NCBI GenBank assembly: GCA_031409335.1
Contig: JANNWY010000261.1
Coordinates: 1-31,959, forward strand
Reading direction: 5' to 3'
Source: Chthoniobacteraceae bacterium
Lineage (GTDB): Bacteria; Verrucomicrobiota; Verrucomicrobiia; Chthoniobacterales; Chthoniobacteraceae
DNA length: 31,959 nucleotides
In this document: piece by piece, positions 1 through 9,300 of the stretch
Numbering within the stretch: position 1 is the first letter of the stretch
Layout: the number at the start of each line of letters is the position of its first letter
Made by a program: the position numbers and the translations under genes
The notes under the pieces: generated by a model
Seen by the model: the letters and a program-made list of their open reading frames with translations, nothing else
Database searches by the model: none
What the model was told of the DNA's origin: nothing

Positions 1-533
1 GCGCCGTCCGGCCCCATGTGGCGGCAGCATGGCTCGCCGTCCACGACCGCGGCGATTTTTGTGTAAATGGGTGCGAGGGATTCCCAGCCTTCTTTCGAGC
101 CGCCGGGCATGATGCTGGGGCCTTTGAGCGCGCCTTCTTCACCGCCGGAGACGCCGACGCCGAAGAAGTGAATTCCCTTTTCCTTGAGATACTTTTCGCG
201 GCGCGGCGTGTCGGTCCAGAGCGAGTTGCCGCCGTCGATGATGACGTCGCCGGGCTCCATGAGCGGGATGAGCTGCTCGATGACTGCATCGACGGGCGCG
301 CCTGCTTTCACCATGATTTGCGCCTTGCGCGGGCGTTTGAGAGCGGCCACGAATTCTTGAAGCGACTGGGCAAAGACGAAATTCTTTCCCTTGCCACGCG
401 CCGCGGCAAACGCATCGACGACGCTCGTCGTCCGATTGAAGACGGCCACAGTGAAGCCCTTGGACTCCATGTTCAAAACAAGGTTTTCGCCCATAACGGC
501 GAGGCCGATCAGGCCGATGTCACATGTGCTCAT
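1..533 (-). CDS. gnd: 6-phosphogluconate dehydrogenase, decarboxylating (N-terminal part; runs off the window edge)
   Basis: Not in the ORF track. Manual minus-strand translation from ATG at 533 gives MSTCDIGLIGLAVMGENLVLNMESKGFTVAVFNRT...MVKAGAPVD...IIDGGNS...GVSGGEEGALKGPSIMPGG, the canonical 6PGDH N-terminal motifs. Confidence 0.97.
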   Translation of the reverse strand, partial: MSTCDIGLIGLAVMGENLVLNMESKGFTVAVFNRTTSVVDAFAAARGKGKNFVFAQSLQEFVAALKRPRKAQIMVKAGAPVDAVIEQLIPLMEPGDVIIDGGNSLWTDTPRREKYLKEKGIHFFGVGVSGGEEGALKGPSIMPGGSKEGWESLAPIYTKIAAVVDGEPCCRHMGPDG

Positions 534-589
534 ACTGTGGTGATTGGGGTTGCGTAGATTTTTTGGATTCGGAACTTGAGAGGGATGGG

Positions 590-619
590 AGGCTACCGGC
601 AAAGTATCGCGAATGGCAA
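590..619 (-). promoter_or_regulatory. Candidate sigma70 promoter for gnd
   Basis: Minus strand TTGCCA-N18-TAGCCT, about 55 nt upstream of the gnd ATG. Confidence 0.4.
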
Positions 620-683
620 CGGACTTTTCCGCAGCATCTCCCACCCGCGCACTTTGCGTATCGCTTCGCCCCCTCTTGCGCGC

Positions 684-1265
684 ATGAATCTTCCGAATCG
701 GCTGACGACCGCGCGCTTCGTCCTGACCGCGGTGTTCGTCGCTGTGCTTTCCGCGGAGTGGCGATTCGCACGGACCACCGGGCTTCTCATCTTCATCGCC
801 GCCGGCATCACCGACTACCTCGATGGCGCGATCGCGCGAAAGCGGAATCTCGTGACCGATTTCGGGAAACTCATGGACCCGCTCGCGGACAAGATCATGA
901 TGGCTGCCGCGTTCATCCTGCTCGTGCCGCTCGATGCGTTTCCCGCGTGGGTCGCGATCGTGATTATCTCGCGGGAATTTGCGATCACGGGCTTGCGACT
1001 ACTCGCTGCCAGCAAGGGGATCGTGCTGCCCTCCGAGCGGATGGGAAAACACAAAACGGTCTGGCAGATCGTCACCGTGTGCTTCTTTCTGCTGCTGCTT
1101 TCGATCAAGGAATTCGCGACCGCGGGCATTGGCCACAGCGGAATGTGGTGGACGATTGCGTGGCGCTTCGGCGGCGGCGCGCTGATCACGCTCGCGCTCG
1201 TGCTGACGCTTTACTCCGGGATCGGCTACCTCTGGAAAAACCGCACGCTGATTTCCGCAGCGTGA
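684..1265 (+). CDS. pgsA: CDP-diacylglycerol--glycerol-3-phosphate 3-phosphatidyltransferase
   Basis: Starts MNLPNRLT; CDP-alcohol phosphatidyltransferase motif TDYLDGAIARKRNLVTDFGKLMDPLADK; IISREFAITGLR and GKHKT motifs. Start moved to ATG 684. Confidence 0.95.
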   Translation: MNLPNRLTTARFVLTAVFVAVLSAEWRFARTTGLLIFIAAGITDYLDGAIARKRNLVTDFGKLMDPLADKIMMAAAFILLVPLDAFPAWVAIVIISREFAITGLRLLAASKGIVLPSERMGKHKTVWQIVTVCFFLLLLSIKEFATAGIGHSGMWWTIAWRFGGGALITLALVLTLYSGIGYLWKNRTLISAA

Positions 1266-1275
1266 TGCCTGCGCG

Positions 1276-1890
1276 TCAGCGCACGTCCACCTGATCGCTC
1301 GGCAACAGACGAGGATCCTGGCTAGGATCTTTTTGCAACTGCTTGTAGCGATATACGGTGATTTTTCCGTCGCGGATCAGATTGATCCTGTCCCCCGCAA
1401 AATCGCCGGGTCCTCCTGCTGCCGCAATTGCCGACATTAGCGTCAGGTCCGGCGACCACTGCATTCGCGAAGGTTGTCTGACATTCCCTCCGATCACGAC
1501 ATAACGCACCGTCGTGGCGACCATGATCGTCGCGGTCGGCCACCGGAATATTTTCTTTTCGACGAGAACGCGCTCAATCGCGCGTTCCAACTCGCTCGGC
1601 GTCCGCCCGGAAGCCTGGAGGGATCCAGCGTAGGGAACGCTCACATTCCCATCACCGCCAACCGTGTAGGTGGTGCCGCTAAACGCGACAGCATCGTCAG
1701 GCGGCATTCCCGCCATGCGAAGTTCGATCATGTCGTTCGGTCGCAAGACAACGCTCGACGATGTGCGGACCCCTGTTGCCGCAGAACCCGCCGTCGCCGC
1801 AACGGCTTTCGCGACTGGCGGGGAATCCGCAGCGAGTGAGGAAACAAGGGTGGCGACGAACGTGCAGAACAAGAGGAATGTAGCGCGCAT
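1276..1890 (-). CDS. Polysaccharide biosynthesis/export (OPX, Wza-like) protein with SLBB domain
   Basis: Signal peptide; Poly_export-like LRPNDMIEL...VGGDGNVSVPYAGSLQASGRTPSELERAI; SLBB-like VVIGGNVRQP...LTLMSAIAAAGG...DPRLLPSDQVDV; directly downstream of wzc. Confidence 0.9.
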   Translation of the reverse strand: MRATFLLFCTFVATLVSSLAADSPPVAKAVAATAGSAATGVRTSSSVVLRPNDMIELRMAGMPPDDAVAFSGTTYTVGGDGNVSVPYAGSLQASGRTPSELERAIERVLVEKKIFRWPTATIMVATTVRYVVIGGNVRQPSRMQWSPDLTLMSAIAAAGGPGDFAGDRINLIRDGKITVYRYKQLQKDPSQDPRLLPSDQVDVR

Positions 1891-1899
1891 AGCTTGGGA

Positions 1900-4050
1900 T
1901 CAGTATTCTTCGCGATCGGTCGAACGCGGGCGGGCCGGAGTCGCGGCACCTGCGGTCGCGGTTTCCCGCTGGGCGTTCTCGCGTTTGGTCGGGTTGTAGT
2001 AGTCGTTGTAAGTGTTGTAGTAGTTGTATCCCTCGTCGTGCTTGGTATCGACGTTGTTCAAGACGACTCCGATCAACGTGCCACCGGCGTGCTGCACGGC
2101 CTGCTTCACCCGCTGCAACATGGCGCGCGGGAAACGACGATGTTGCACGACCATCACAGTCACATCGACTTCGCTAGCGAGCACCGAACCGTCGCTGACG
2201 CCAAGAATTGGCGGCGAATCGAAGAACACGAGATCGTACAAGCCTTTCGCCTTGGCGATCATCTCGACCATTCGCTGGCTGTTCAGGATTCCCACCGCCC
2301 CGTCAGGAATCTGGCCGCTCGGGATGAATGAAAGATTGTCGATCTTCGTCGTGCGCGTGATTTCCTCGAGATCGGCTTTGCCAGTCAGGTAGTCGGTCAG
2401 GCCAAAATCGTTATCCACCTCAAACAAGTTGTGCTGCGTCGGCCTGCGCAAATCTGCATCGACGACGAGGACATTGTAGCCGCCCTTGGCGCAGGTGAAC
2501 GCGAGGTTGTTGAGCGTCGTGGATTTGCCTTCACCGGGACCGCCGCTCACGAGCGTGAACGTATTCGCGTTTCCGTCGGGTTTGTTGAATTCGACGTTCG
2601 CCCGCAGGATGCGATACGCCTCGGCGTCTGCCGTGTCGCCTTTGCTCTTGATGAGCATCGAGACGTCCTTCGGAATGACGGCAAGCACCGGAATCTGGAG
2701 GTAACGCTCGACATCATCGAGCGTCTTCACGCTGGTATCGAGGTATTCGATGAAGAACGCGAGGCCGACACCGATCACCAAGCCAAGCAAAGCGGCGAGC
2801 GCCATGTAAGCGGCCACCTTTGGCTTCGATGGGCGGATCGCCGCCTCCGCCTTCTCCCAAATCTTGGCCGGGTCGAAATCAATTCCGCGCTGCAGAAGTT
2901 CGGTCGCGTACCTGGTTTGCGCGGCTTCGTAGATGCGCTTTGCCTGGAGGAAGCGAGTTTTGGCTTCGATGTATTCATTCGCCTTCTGTTTGTCAGCAAT
3001 CTGAAGTCCCACCGCCTCAACCGATTTTTTTTCCAGTTCCACCAGCACTCCTTCATTAAACTGGATGCGAATCGCCAGATTCTCGCGAACTCGTTCCAAT
3101 TGACCGGCCAATTCCTGCTGAAATTTTACCTCAAGCGCCTTCAGTCCCGTAAGCCGCGGGTGATTCTCGCCGAGCCCTGCATTGAAGAGCTGGATGTAAC
3201 TTCTTGATGCATCCTGCAGTTCGCCCACCAGTTTTTCAACGCTGAGATCCTGCACTCCGAGCGTCCGCAAGGCATCCTTCAGCGCATCAGGCTTGAGTTT
3301 CATGATTTCTGCCATCTGCCCTTTGAGTTTCAACACATCGACGCGGGATTCGTTTAGCTGGTTGTCGATCATCAAAAGATTCCGATCGGTTTGGCTGATC
3401 AAACTTCCGTAATCCGTCGGATTCGGATCAACGATCCCGTCGCGCTCGCGAATCTTCGCCATGTCCACCGCGGCCTCGTCCGCGCGCTTGCGCTGTTTTT
3501 CCACCTCGTCCCGCAACTGCTCCAGTCCCTTGTCGATGTTCTTTTGCAGATCGGTCAGTCGCTTTTGCTGGTACACGACGGCGATCGTATTGGCGATATT
3601 CGCCGCCTCCTGCGCATCCGTGCTGTAAACGCCGACTTCGATCAACCCCGTATTGCGCACCTCGCGAAGGCTCAACATTGAGAGCAGTTTCTGATAAGCA
3701 CTTTGCGGCTGCATCGACCGGCCTTCGGTTGACCACGCTTCCACTAGTTTTAGATTGCTGATCACCTCGTAGAGAATCTCAGTCTTTTGCAGAATGTTAA
3801 ACTGCGTCGAGACAAACTGCGGATCTAAACCACGCGCTCCACTCTGCCCAAAGATACCACTGATCGGCCCCGAGTTGTCGGTCTTCACCTCCATCGTCAC
3901 TTTCGATAGATACTGGCGTGGCAGGAAATAGACGGTGACGCCCGCAGTGATCATCACAAGGAGAAAAGCCAACGCGATCAATCCCGCCCGCAGCCGAATC
4001 GTTCGCCAGTAGTCCAGAAAGTGGAGTTTTACCTCGCTTGCATCGTTCAT
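1900..4050 (-). CDS. wzc: Polysaccharide co-polymerase / BY tyrosine kinase (Wzc/GumC family)
   Basis: N-terminal TM, coiled-coil periplasmic region, PSKPK + second TM, Walker A GPGEGKST, A' VLVVDADLRRP, Walker B LVFFDSPP, C-terminal Tyr cluster GYNYYNTYNDYY. Start taken at MNDASEVKLHFLDYW. Confidence 0.95.
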   Translation of the reverse strand: MNDASEVKLHFLDYWRTIRLRAGLIALAFLLVMITAGVTVYFLPRQYLSKVTMEVKTDNSGPISGIFGQSGARGLDPQFVSTQFNILQKTEILYEVISNLKLVEAWSTEGRSMQPQSAYQKLLSMLSLREVRNTGLIEVGVYSTDAQEAANIANTIAVVYQQKRLTDLQKNIDKGLEQLRDEVEKQRKRADEAAVDMAKIRERDGIVDPNPTDYGSLISQTDRNLLMIDNQLNESRVDVLKLKGQMAEIMKLKPDALKDALRTLGVQDLSVEKLVGELQDASRSYIQLFNAGLGENHPRLTGLKALEVKFQQELAGQLERVRENLAIRIQFNEGVLVELEKKSVEAVGLQIADKQKANEYIEAKTRFLQAKRIYEAAQTRYATELLQRGIDFDPAKIWEKAEAAIRPSKPKVAAYMALAALLGLVIGVGLAFFIEYLDTSVKTLDDVERYLQIPVLAVIPKDVSMLIKSKGDTADAEAYRILRANVEFNKPDGNANTFTLVSGGPGEGKSTTLNNLAFTCAKGGYNVLVVDADLRRPTQHNLFEVDNDFGLTDYLTGKADLEEITRTTKIDNLSFIPSGQIPDGAVGILNSQRMVEMIAKAKGLYDLVFFDSPPILGVSDGSVLASEVDVTVMVVQHRRFPRAMLQRVKQAVQHAGGTLIGVVLNNVDTKHDEGYNYYNTYNDYYNPTKRENAQRETATAGAATPARPRSTDREEY

Positions 4051-4157
4051 AAGAGGAATGTTTTTAGGGGAGACAGGGCGTATCAATAGGCTCAAGCACG
4101 GCAATCCGCAACGGCAGAAACATGAAATAATCGGCGCTTTGCCGAGGTTTCCTGGGA

Positions 4158-6044
4158 CTAAAACTCATACTCGGCTCCGATAAAAACCCGGCTGCGATCG
4201 TAGTCCAGATTATCGACGTTTGAGATCACCTTGGTGAATGAAAAAGTGGCATTCAATGTGAGCTGCCGGGTGAAATGGTACTCCAGCGCAATGTTTGCAT
4301 CGATCGTCAAGACCTTCTGGTCGTCCCCTCCCCGGAAGCTCGTGTTTCTGCTCAAACCCGTGATTCCCGAGGACAAACTCAATCTCGGCGTGAAGGCTTT
4401 GAAGTAGTTCACACTGGACCGGAAGCTGATCGTCTCGCTGCCTGCGCTCGGCGGCTCTTCGAAGCCAAAGCGCGAATTCCACTGGATGCTCGAGGTCTGC
4501 CCGATTCGGTAGTTGATCGACGCTTCGCCATACGGCGCGCTCGACGTCTCGCCAGTGTCTTCAAATATCCGTATTGCCTGCCCCAGCCGCACCGTCCCGG
4601 AAAGGCGCGAACTCAGCCGTATTTCCGCGCCCACCAGCAGCACCTCACTGGTCGCATTGAGCGACGGCGAGTCGGGATAGTTGATCAAGACATGGCGAAA
4701 CTCCGCGATCAGTGTGTAGCGCGGTTTCCACAGGTATTTTGCCTCGGCACTGAACGTCGTCTCGTAGATATCGCCATTGTTCGCCGCGGTGGAACCGGAA
4801 CCTTGATCCAAATACAATATCGCATTTTGGCCAGCGCTGAGTGTGGTGGTCAAACGCGGCGTCACCCGGTATTGCACGTTTAGCCGCGCCAGCGCGTTTA
4901 CAATGTCGCCAGCCCCGAGGCGGTCTGGCGTGTTGATCCGCGTGAGGTCCGGCTGTGAAATATATGCCACATTGGAGGTGAACGACGCTTGGAGACGGGG
5001 CGTTAAATTGTAAAGATACGCCAACGATATCGAACCCGAATAATCGTCCTGTCCGTCCTGGCCCGTCCGGTTCCAATACCGGTCAAACGAACCATTCATA
5101 TCCAACGTGAAAAGCGACCGCCGCGTCACCTGCTGCGTGTCAAAGCGCACGCCCACCCGCGACACCAGACTTCCGATCCGCTCCTGCGGCTCGGGAGCGG
5201 GCACGAAGACGGGTGGCCGCCCCGGCGTGATCACCCGGCGGAAAGTCGTCGTCGTGACGGGCCGTTGAAAAACAAGCTCGCCATCCGGCGTGAACGCCTG
5301 CTCGAACGTGGTCGTCGTGACGGGCTCAAAGGTGACGGTATCCGGCGTGCCTGGATCGATCAGAATCTGATTGTTCGGAAAGCGGAACGGATCGTCCGGC
5401 GTTTGGAGAACATTGTCGTCGTAACCTTGCGAGGTCGTGACCTTGAATCGGAAACGCGGACGTGCCAGCCGCCCCTGCCCGCCAGTGTAAGTCGTCGCTG
5501 GCCCGCCAAAGAATCCCGGCAACGTGAAAGACGGCGGAGCGGTCTGCGAGGCAGTGGAATCGCCTGGCCCAAACGCGGAACTCGGACCGGTCGGCCCATC
5601 CCCGGTCGCCTCCCCCGGTTGCGTGCCCGTCGGTTCGCCAGGCGCTGTCGGCGTTCCAAACGAAGAACTCGCACCCGGACCATTCGCCGACTCACCCGGC
5701 GCTGGCTTCGGCGTCGTCGGGATGAATGGATCCACGATGCCGCCAGTCTTGGGTGCTGGCTTGCCCTCGGGTGTCGTGGAGCCCGGCGGCAAAGTCTCCG
5801 GTGTGCCCTCCGGACTCTCCGGGCTGCCGGGATCGTTGCTCTGGCCCTTGCTTCCCGCTTTCGCGCCGCCCTTCCCCGCGCCCGATTTTCCCGCGCCCGA
5901 TGGCGTCGAGCCTTCCGCGGCACTTCCAGCCGCGCCTCCACCGCTGCCAGACGCCGCCGCTCCACCACTCTCCTGCGCGACCGCGATCCCGCCAAGACAG
6001 ACTCCCGCGACACAGGCTGTAATCCATCGCCAATGGCAAATCAT
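4158..6044 (-). CDS. Outer-membrane beta-barrel protein (EPS-locus porin-like) with long Pro/Gly/Ser/Thr-rich N-terminal region
   Basis: Signal peptide ending AVA-Q; ~200 aa low-complexity linker; GYDDNV first-strand motif; many amphipathic strands; C-terminal YDRSRVFIGAEYEF beta-signal; upstream of wzc and the wza-like gene. Confidence 0.85.
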   Translation of the reverse strand: MICHWRWITACVAGVCLGGIAVAQESGGAAASGSGGGAAGSAAEGSTPSGAGKSGAGKGGAKAGSKGQSNDPGSPESPEGTPETLPPGSTTPEGKPAPKTGGIVDPFIPTTPKPAPGESANGPGASSSFGTPTAPGEPTGTQPGEATGDGPTGPSSAFGPGDSTASQTAPPSFTLPGFFGGPATTYTGGQGRLARPRFRFKVTTSQGYDDNVLQTPDDPFRFPNNQILIDPGTPDTVTFEPVTTTTFEQAFTPDGELVFQRPVTTTTFRRVITPGRPPVFVPAPEPQERIGSLVSRVGVRFDTQQVTRRSLFTLDMNGSFDRYWNRTGQDGQDDYSGSISLAYLYNLTPRLQASFTSNVAYISQPDLTRINTPDRLGAGDIVNALARLNVQYRVTPRLTTTLSAGQNAILYLDQGSGSTAANNGDIYETTFSAEAKYLWKPRYTLIAEFRHVLINYPDSPSLNATSEVLLVGAEIRLSSRLSGTVRLGQAIRIFEDTGETSSAPYGEASINYRIGQTSSIQWNSRFGFEEPPSAGSETISFRSSVNYFKAFTPRLSLSSGITGLSRNTSFRGGDDQKVLTIDANIALEYHFTRQLTLNATFSFTKVISNVDNLDYDRSRVFIGAEYEF

Positions 6045-6144
6045 GGTGCGTCGAAACGGGCGTGAATCGGAAAATCGTCTGGCGCTGGCTGGCTCAAGCG
6101 GCATCGGACTACCGGATGCGGCGACCGCGCGCAACTGCTTAATC

Positions 6145-6167
6145 TTCCCGACCGGAATGGCCGGGAA
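6145..6167 (-). other. Hairpin immediately 3' of tRNA-Gly
   Basis: Minus strand TTCCCGGCC-attcc-GGTCGGGAA, 9-bp stem with one G-U pair; no U-tract follows. Confidence 0.5.
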
Positions 6168-6172
6168 CGCAG

Positions 6173-6243
6173 AGCGGGTGAAGGGAATCGAACCCTCATA
6201 GCCAGCTTGGAAGGCTGGAGCTTTACCACTAAGCTACACCCGC
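6173..6243 (-). tRNA. tRNA-Gly (anticodon TCC)
   Basis: GCGGGTG acceptor stem pairs with CACCCGC; D-arm GCTT-AGTGGTA-AAGC; anticodon arm CCAGC-CTTCCAA-GCTGG; T-arm GAGGG-TTCGATT-CCCTT; discriminator T; CCA not encoded. Confidence 0.97.
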
Positions 6244-6322
6244 GAATCGCTGCAATAGTGCGCGGCCCGCGCTCGTTGACAAGTGCCATTTTCGTTTCCG
6301 GGGAGAGCATGCGCCAGCGGCA

Positions 6323-9300
6323 TCACACGACAGGCAGTTCAAAGACGTTGACCCGCGAGCCGACCGCCAATTCACGCCTCAAATCGTTGCCCGGTTGCGG
6401 CTCCAGGGAAAACGCCGAGCCATTGACGCTCAACGATTCCACAAACTGCGCGCCGATCCCCGATAGCCGCGTGGTCGGGATCGCCGCAGTCACACTTCCG
6501 ACGATGATCCGCGCGATCTTCGACACCGTCCCCGCCGCATTCGTCGTTCCCGCTCCGCTGATTCCAAGGTCATCGTTCGTGCCAAAAATCCGATCAGTTC
6601 CCGCCGCCGCGCCGGCAATGATACTCGTGCTGTCCAAAGCCCCGACAATTCGCACGCTGCCGATTTGCGCATCCGCGTTGACCTCGCCACCGCGCGGGTT
6701 CGCCACCGTGGCATTCACACTGTAGCCCGCGAGGATCTCCGCAAATCTCGCGTCACCATCGATGATCAGGCTGCGGAATGCCGGCGCGCTGGTGTCCCCG
6801 GGAGCCGCGATGATCGCCGCGATGGTTGCGCTGCCAGTCACATCGCCGCGAATGCGCAACGTGTCGATCGTGGTCTCGGAGCGGATCGTCCCGCTCAGCG
6901 CGAGACCGCCGCCGCCGTCCACACCCGCCACGACATCGCCGCCGACCGTCAGATGGTCGATCCGATGCGCAAACAAAAACCCGCTACCCACCAGCGCGGT
7001 CGAAACATTCGAATCTCCGCCGAGGATGCTCCCGGTGATCACGCCGTTGAACAGCTTTCCGCCCACGTCCACACCGCCACTGCGATTCCCCAAACCGCCA
7101 CGCACATTTCCGCCAATGCTCAGAAGATTGATGTGACTGCCGGAGCGAATCGTCCCGGAATCGTCGCCGTCGCCGCCGAGGACCGAGCCAACGGTCGTTA
7201 CGGTTCCGATGCGCTCATTCGATCCGACAAAGGCGCTGTTGTCGCCATCGCCTCCGCGGATCTGGCCAAGGATGCGGGCTGTTCCGAGCAAATCGCTGCC
7301 GAAAATCTGGCCAGAGTTGTTGCCTGCGCCGCCGACCACATCGCGCACCACGACCACTCGATTGATCGTATTCCCGAAAATCTGACCGGACGAGACCCCG
7401 TCGCCACCGACCAACGAGCCGATGCGCACCGAGCCGATCTCGGGCGCGACGATGTTGCCGGAATTATCCCCAGCTCCTCCCGCGAACTCGCCGACCACGT
7501 GGAGATTGGAAATTCTCGAGTTCGCATTCAACAAGCTGCGGAGCGAGCCGCTCACATCGCCATCGCCACCCGCGACCCGGCCGATCTGCGCGTTGTCGAT
7601 CCGGCCCGTGAAGAAAATCGAGCCGGAATTATCCGCGGTTCCGCCCAGCAACGCGCCGTCGATTTGCAGATTGCGAATGATGCCGAACTGCGCGCCAACG
7701 ATTTGGAGAGTCGCTTGGAAGTTTCCGAAAACCCGAAAGCTGTCGATCGGCCCGAGCACCCGGCTGAGTGTATCCGCTCCGCCACCCGTTCCCTGCGTGG
7801 TGGTCCCAAAGCGGCCCATCGATCGCACCACGAGATTCTTGATCGCCGCATCCACTGTGGAATCGCCGATGTGAATCCTTCCGAGATCGCCGTCGATATT
7901 CACCGTGCCAAGGTCGATGCCATTGGCAAACTGCAACACGCCAGCCTGCGTCGCCGCAAGAATGGCACCCACGTTGACAAAACCATTTCCCTTCACGCCA
8001 CTGGCATCGCCGTTAAATCCAGGCTGCGCCACCGCCGTCACCGAGAGGTCCGCATCCTGAAACTGCAAGTTGTCACCCGTGAGATTGATCGACTGAAGCT
8101 GCCGTCCGCCGATCCCGTTTGGCGCGCCAAACGAGAGCCGCGCATCGGACAAAGCGCCCCTCGAAATATGCACGGTGGCCAGATCGCCATCCACGTCGAT
8201 GAATTGCACCGTCCGGCTGTCCACGCGCCGCAGATCATCATTAAAAATCGTCCCGCGCGCCGCGCCGCCCGCGATCGTCAAAGTTGCGCCCGCGTTCACG
8301 ACATTCCGCAGATCGACGAAGAAACTCTCGGTCGCCTCAAACGTCGCGTCACCGTTCAATGTGACCGGGACTGGCGTGGTCGTCGCACCTGCCGCGATCG
8401 TGAAAGGTGTGATTCCCAAGGGGACGAAGTCCGAGCCCCGCCCGGCGCTTCCACTGGTGGCCACAGCGTTGAACGTCGTCGCGCCTGCGAGCGTATCGGA
8501 AAGTTCGACCGTGAAGTTGATCGTCGGTTGTCCTGAATCCCCCTCGACTCGAAACGCATTTCGGATGCCGATCCCGACCGTGGTATCGCCGTCCGTGAGG
8601 ACCGTCCCCGTGCCCGTGGCCGTCAGGATGGTCGCATTCACCGGACCCGAAATCCGCAGCCCAAAAGTTTCGATCTGTTCCCGGAATGTGTCGCCGTTGA
8701 TGACCACGCGCACTTCCTTCTGAATCTCGCCCGGCGCAAAGTTCAGCGCCCCGGTCCTCGCCACGAAATCCTCCATCGGGCCGACTGAGAACGCGGTCCC
8801 ATCCTCCGTCGCAAAATTCACATCCACCGCCTTCCCGCTCGCGGCGGAAAGCGCAACGGTAAAGATCATCTCTCGAATCCCAGCATCGCCTTCGATGATA
8901 TTCGCATCACTCACAAAAACCACCGGTGGCGCGTCATCGTCCAAAATCGTCGCAGTCAGGCTGGCGCTGTCCACGTTCGCGCTGCCTCGCCTCAGTTGCC
9001 CGAATTCCGCGCCGCTCACCGTCACGCCAAACGTCTCATCGACCTCATCCAGCACATCGGCAATGATCGGGACGATGAAGGAAATCCCATCGCTCGCAGC
9101 AGAGCCGGGAGTGTAGAAAAACTCGGTGTTCACTGCCTCAAAATCCGCGCCCGAAACCGCAGTCCCAGCTTGCGTCGTCACACGGATCGACACCGGTCGC
9201 TCGGAAACCTCGGACAGCGTCACCCTGAATGTGGCGTTCGTCTGACCGCCGTTGCCTTCCGTGGTCTGCAAGGCAGTGCCGCTGAAAGTCAGCGTCGGCG

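Noticed and set aside
18..557. 179-aa plus-strand ORF
   Set aside because: Antisense shadow of gnd, which is clearly recognisable on the minus strand.
1276..6243. Genomic island integrated at tRNA-Gly (export genes lie 3' of the tRNA and look somewhat less GC-rich by eye)
   Set aside because: No integrase and no duplicated tRNA 3' end seen; composition difference was not computed.
6890..7650. Calling the giant protein an RTX / type I secretion substrate
   Set aside because: Only one repeat matches GGxGxD exactly, the period is ~26 aa rather than 9, and no type I secretion genes are in the window.
6665..8536. 623-aa plus-strand ORF and other long ORFs opposite the giant gene
   Set aside because: Arg/His-rich antisense frames expected from high-GC codon bias; no recognisable domains.
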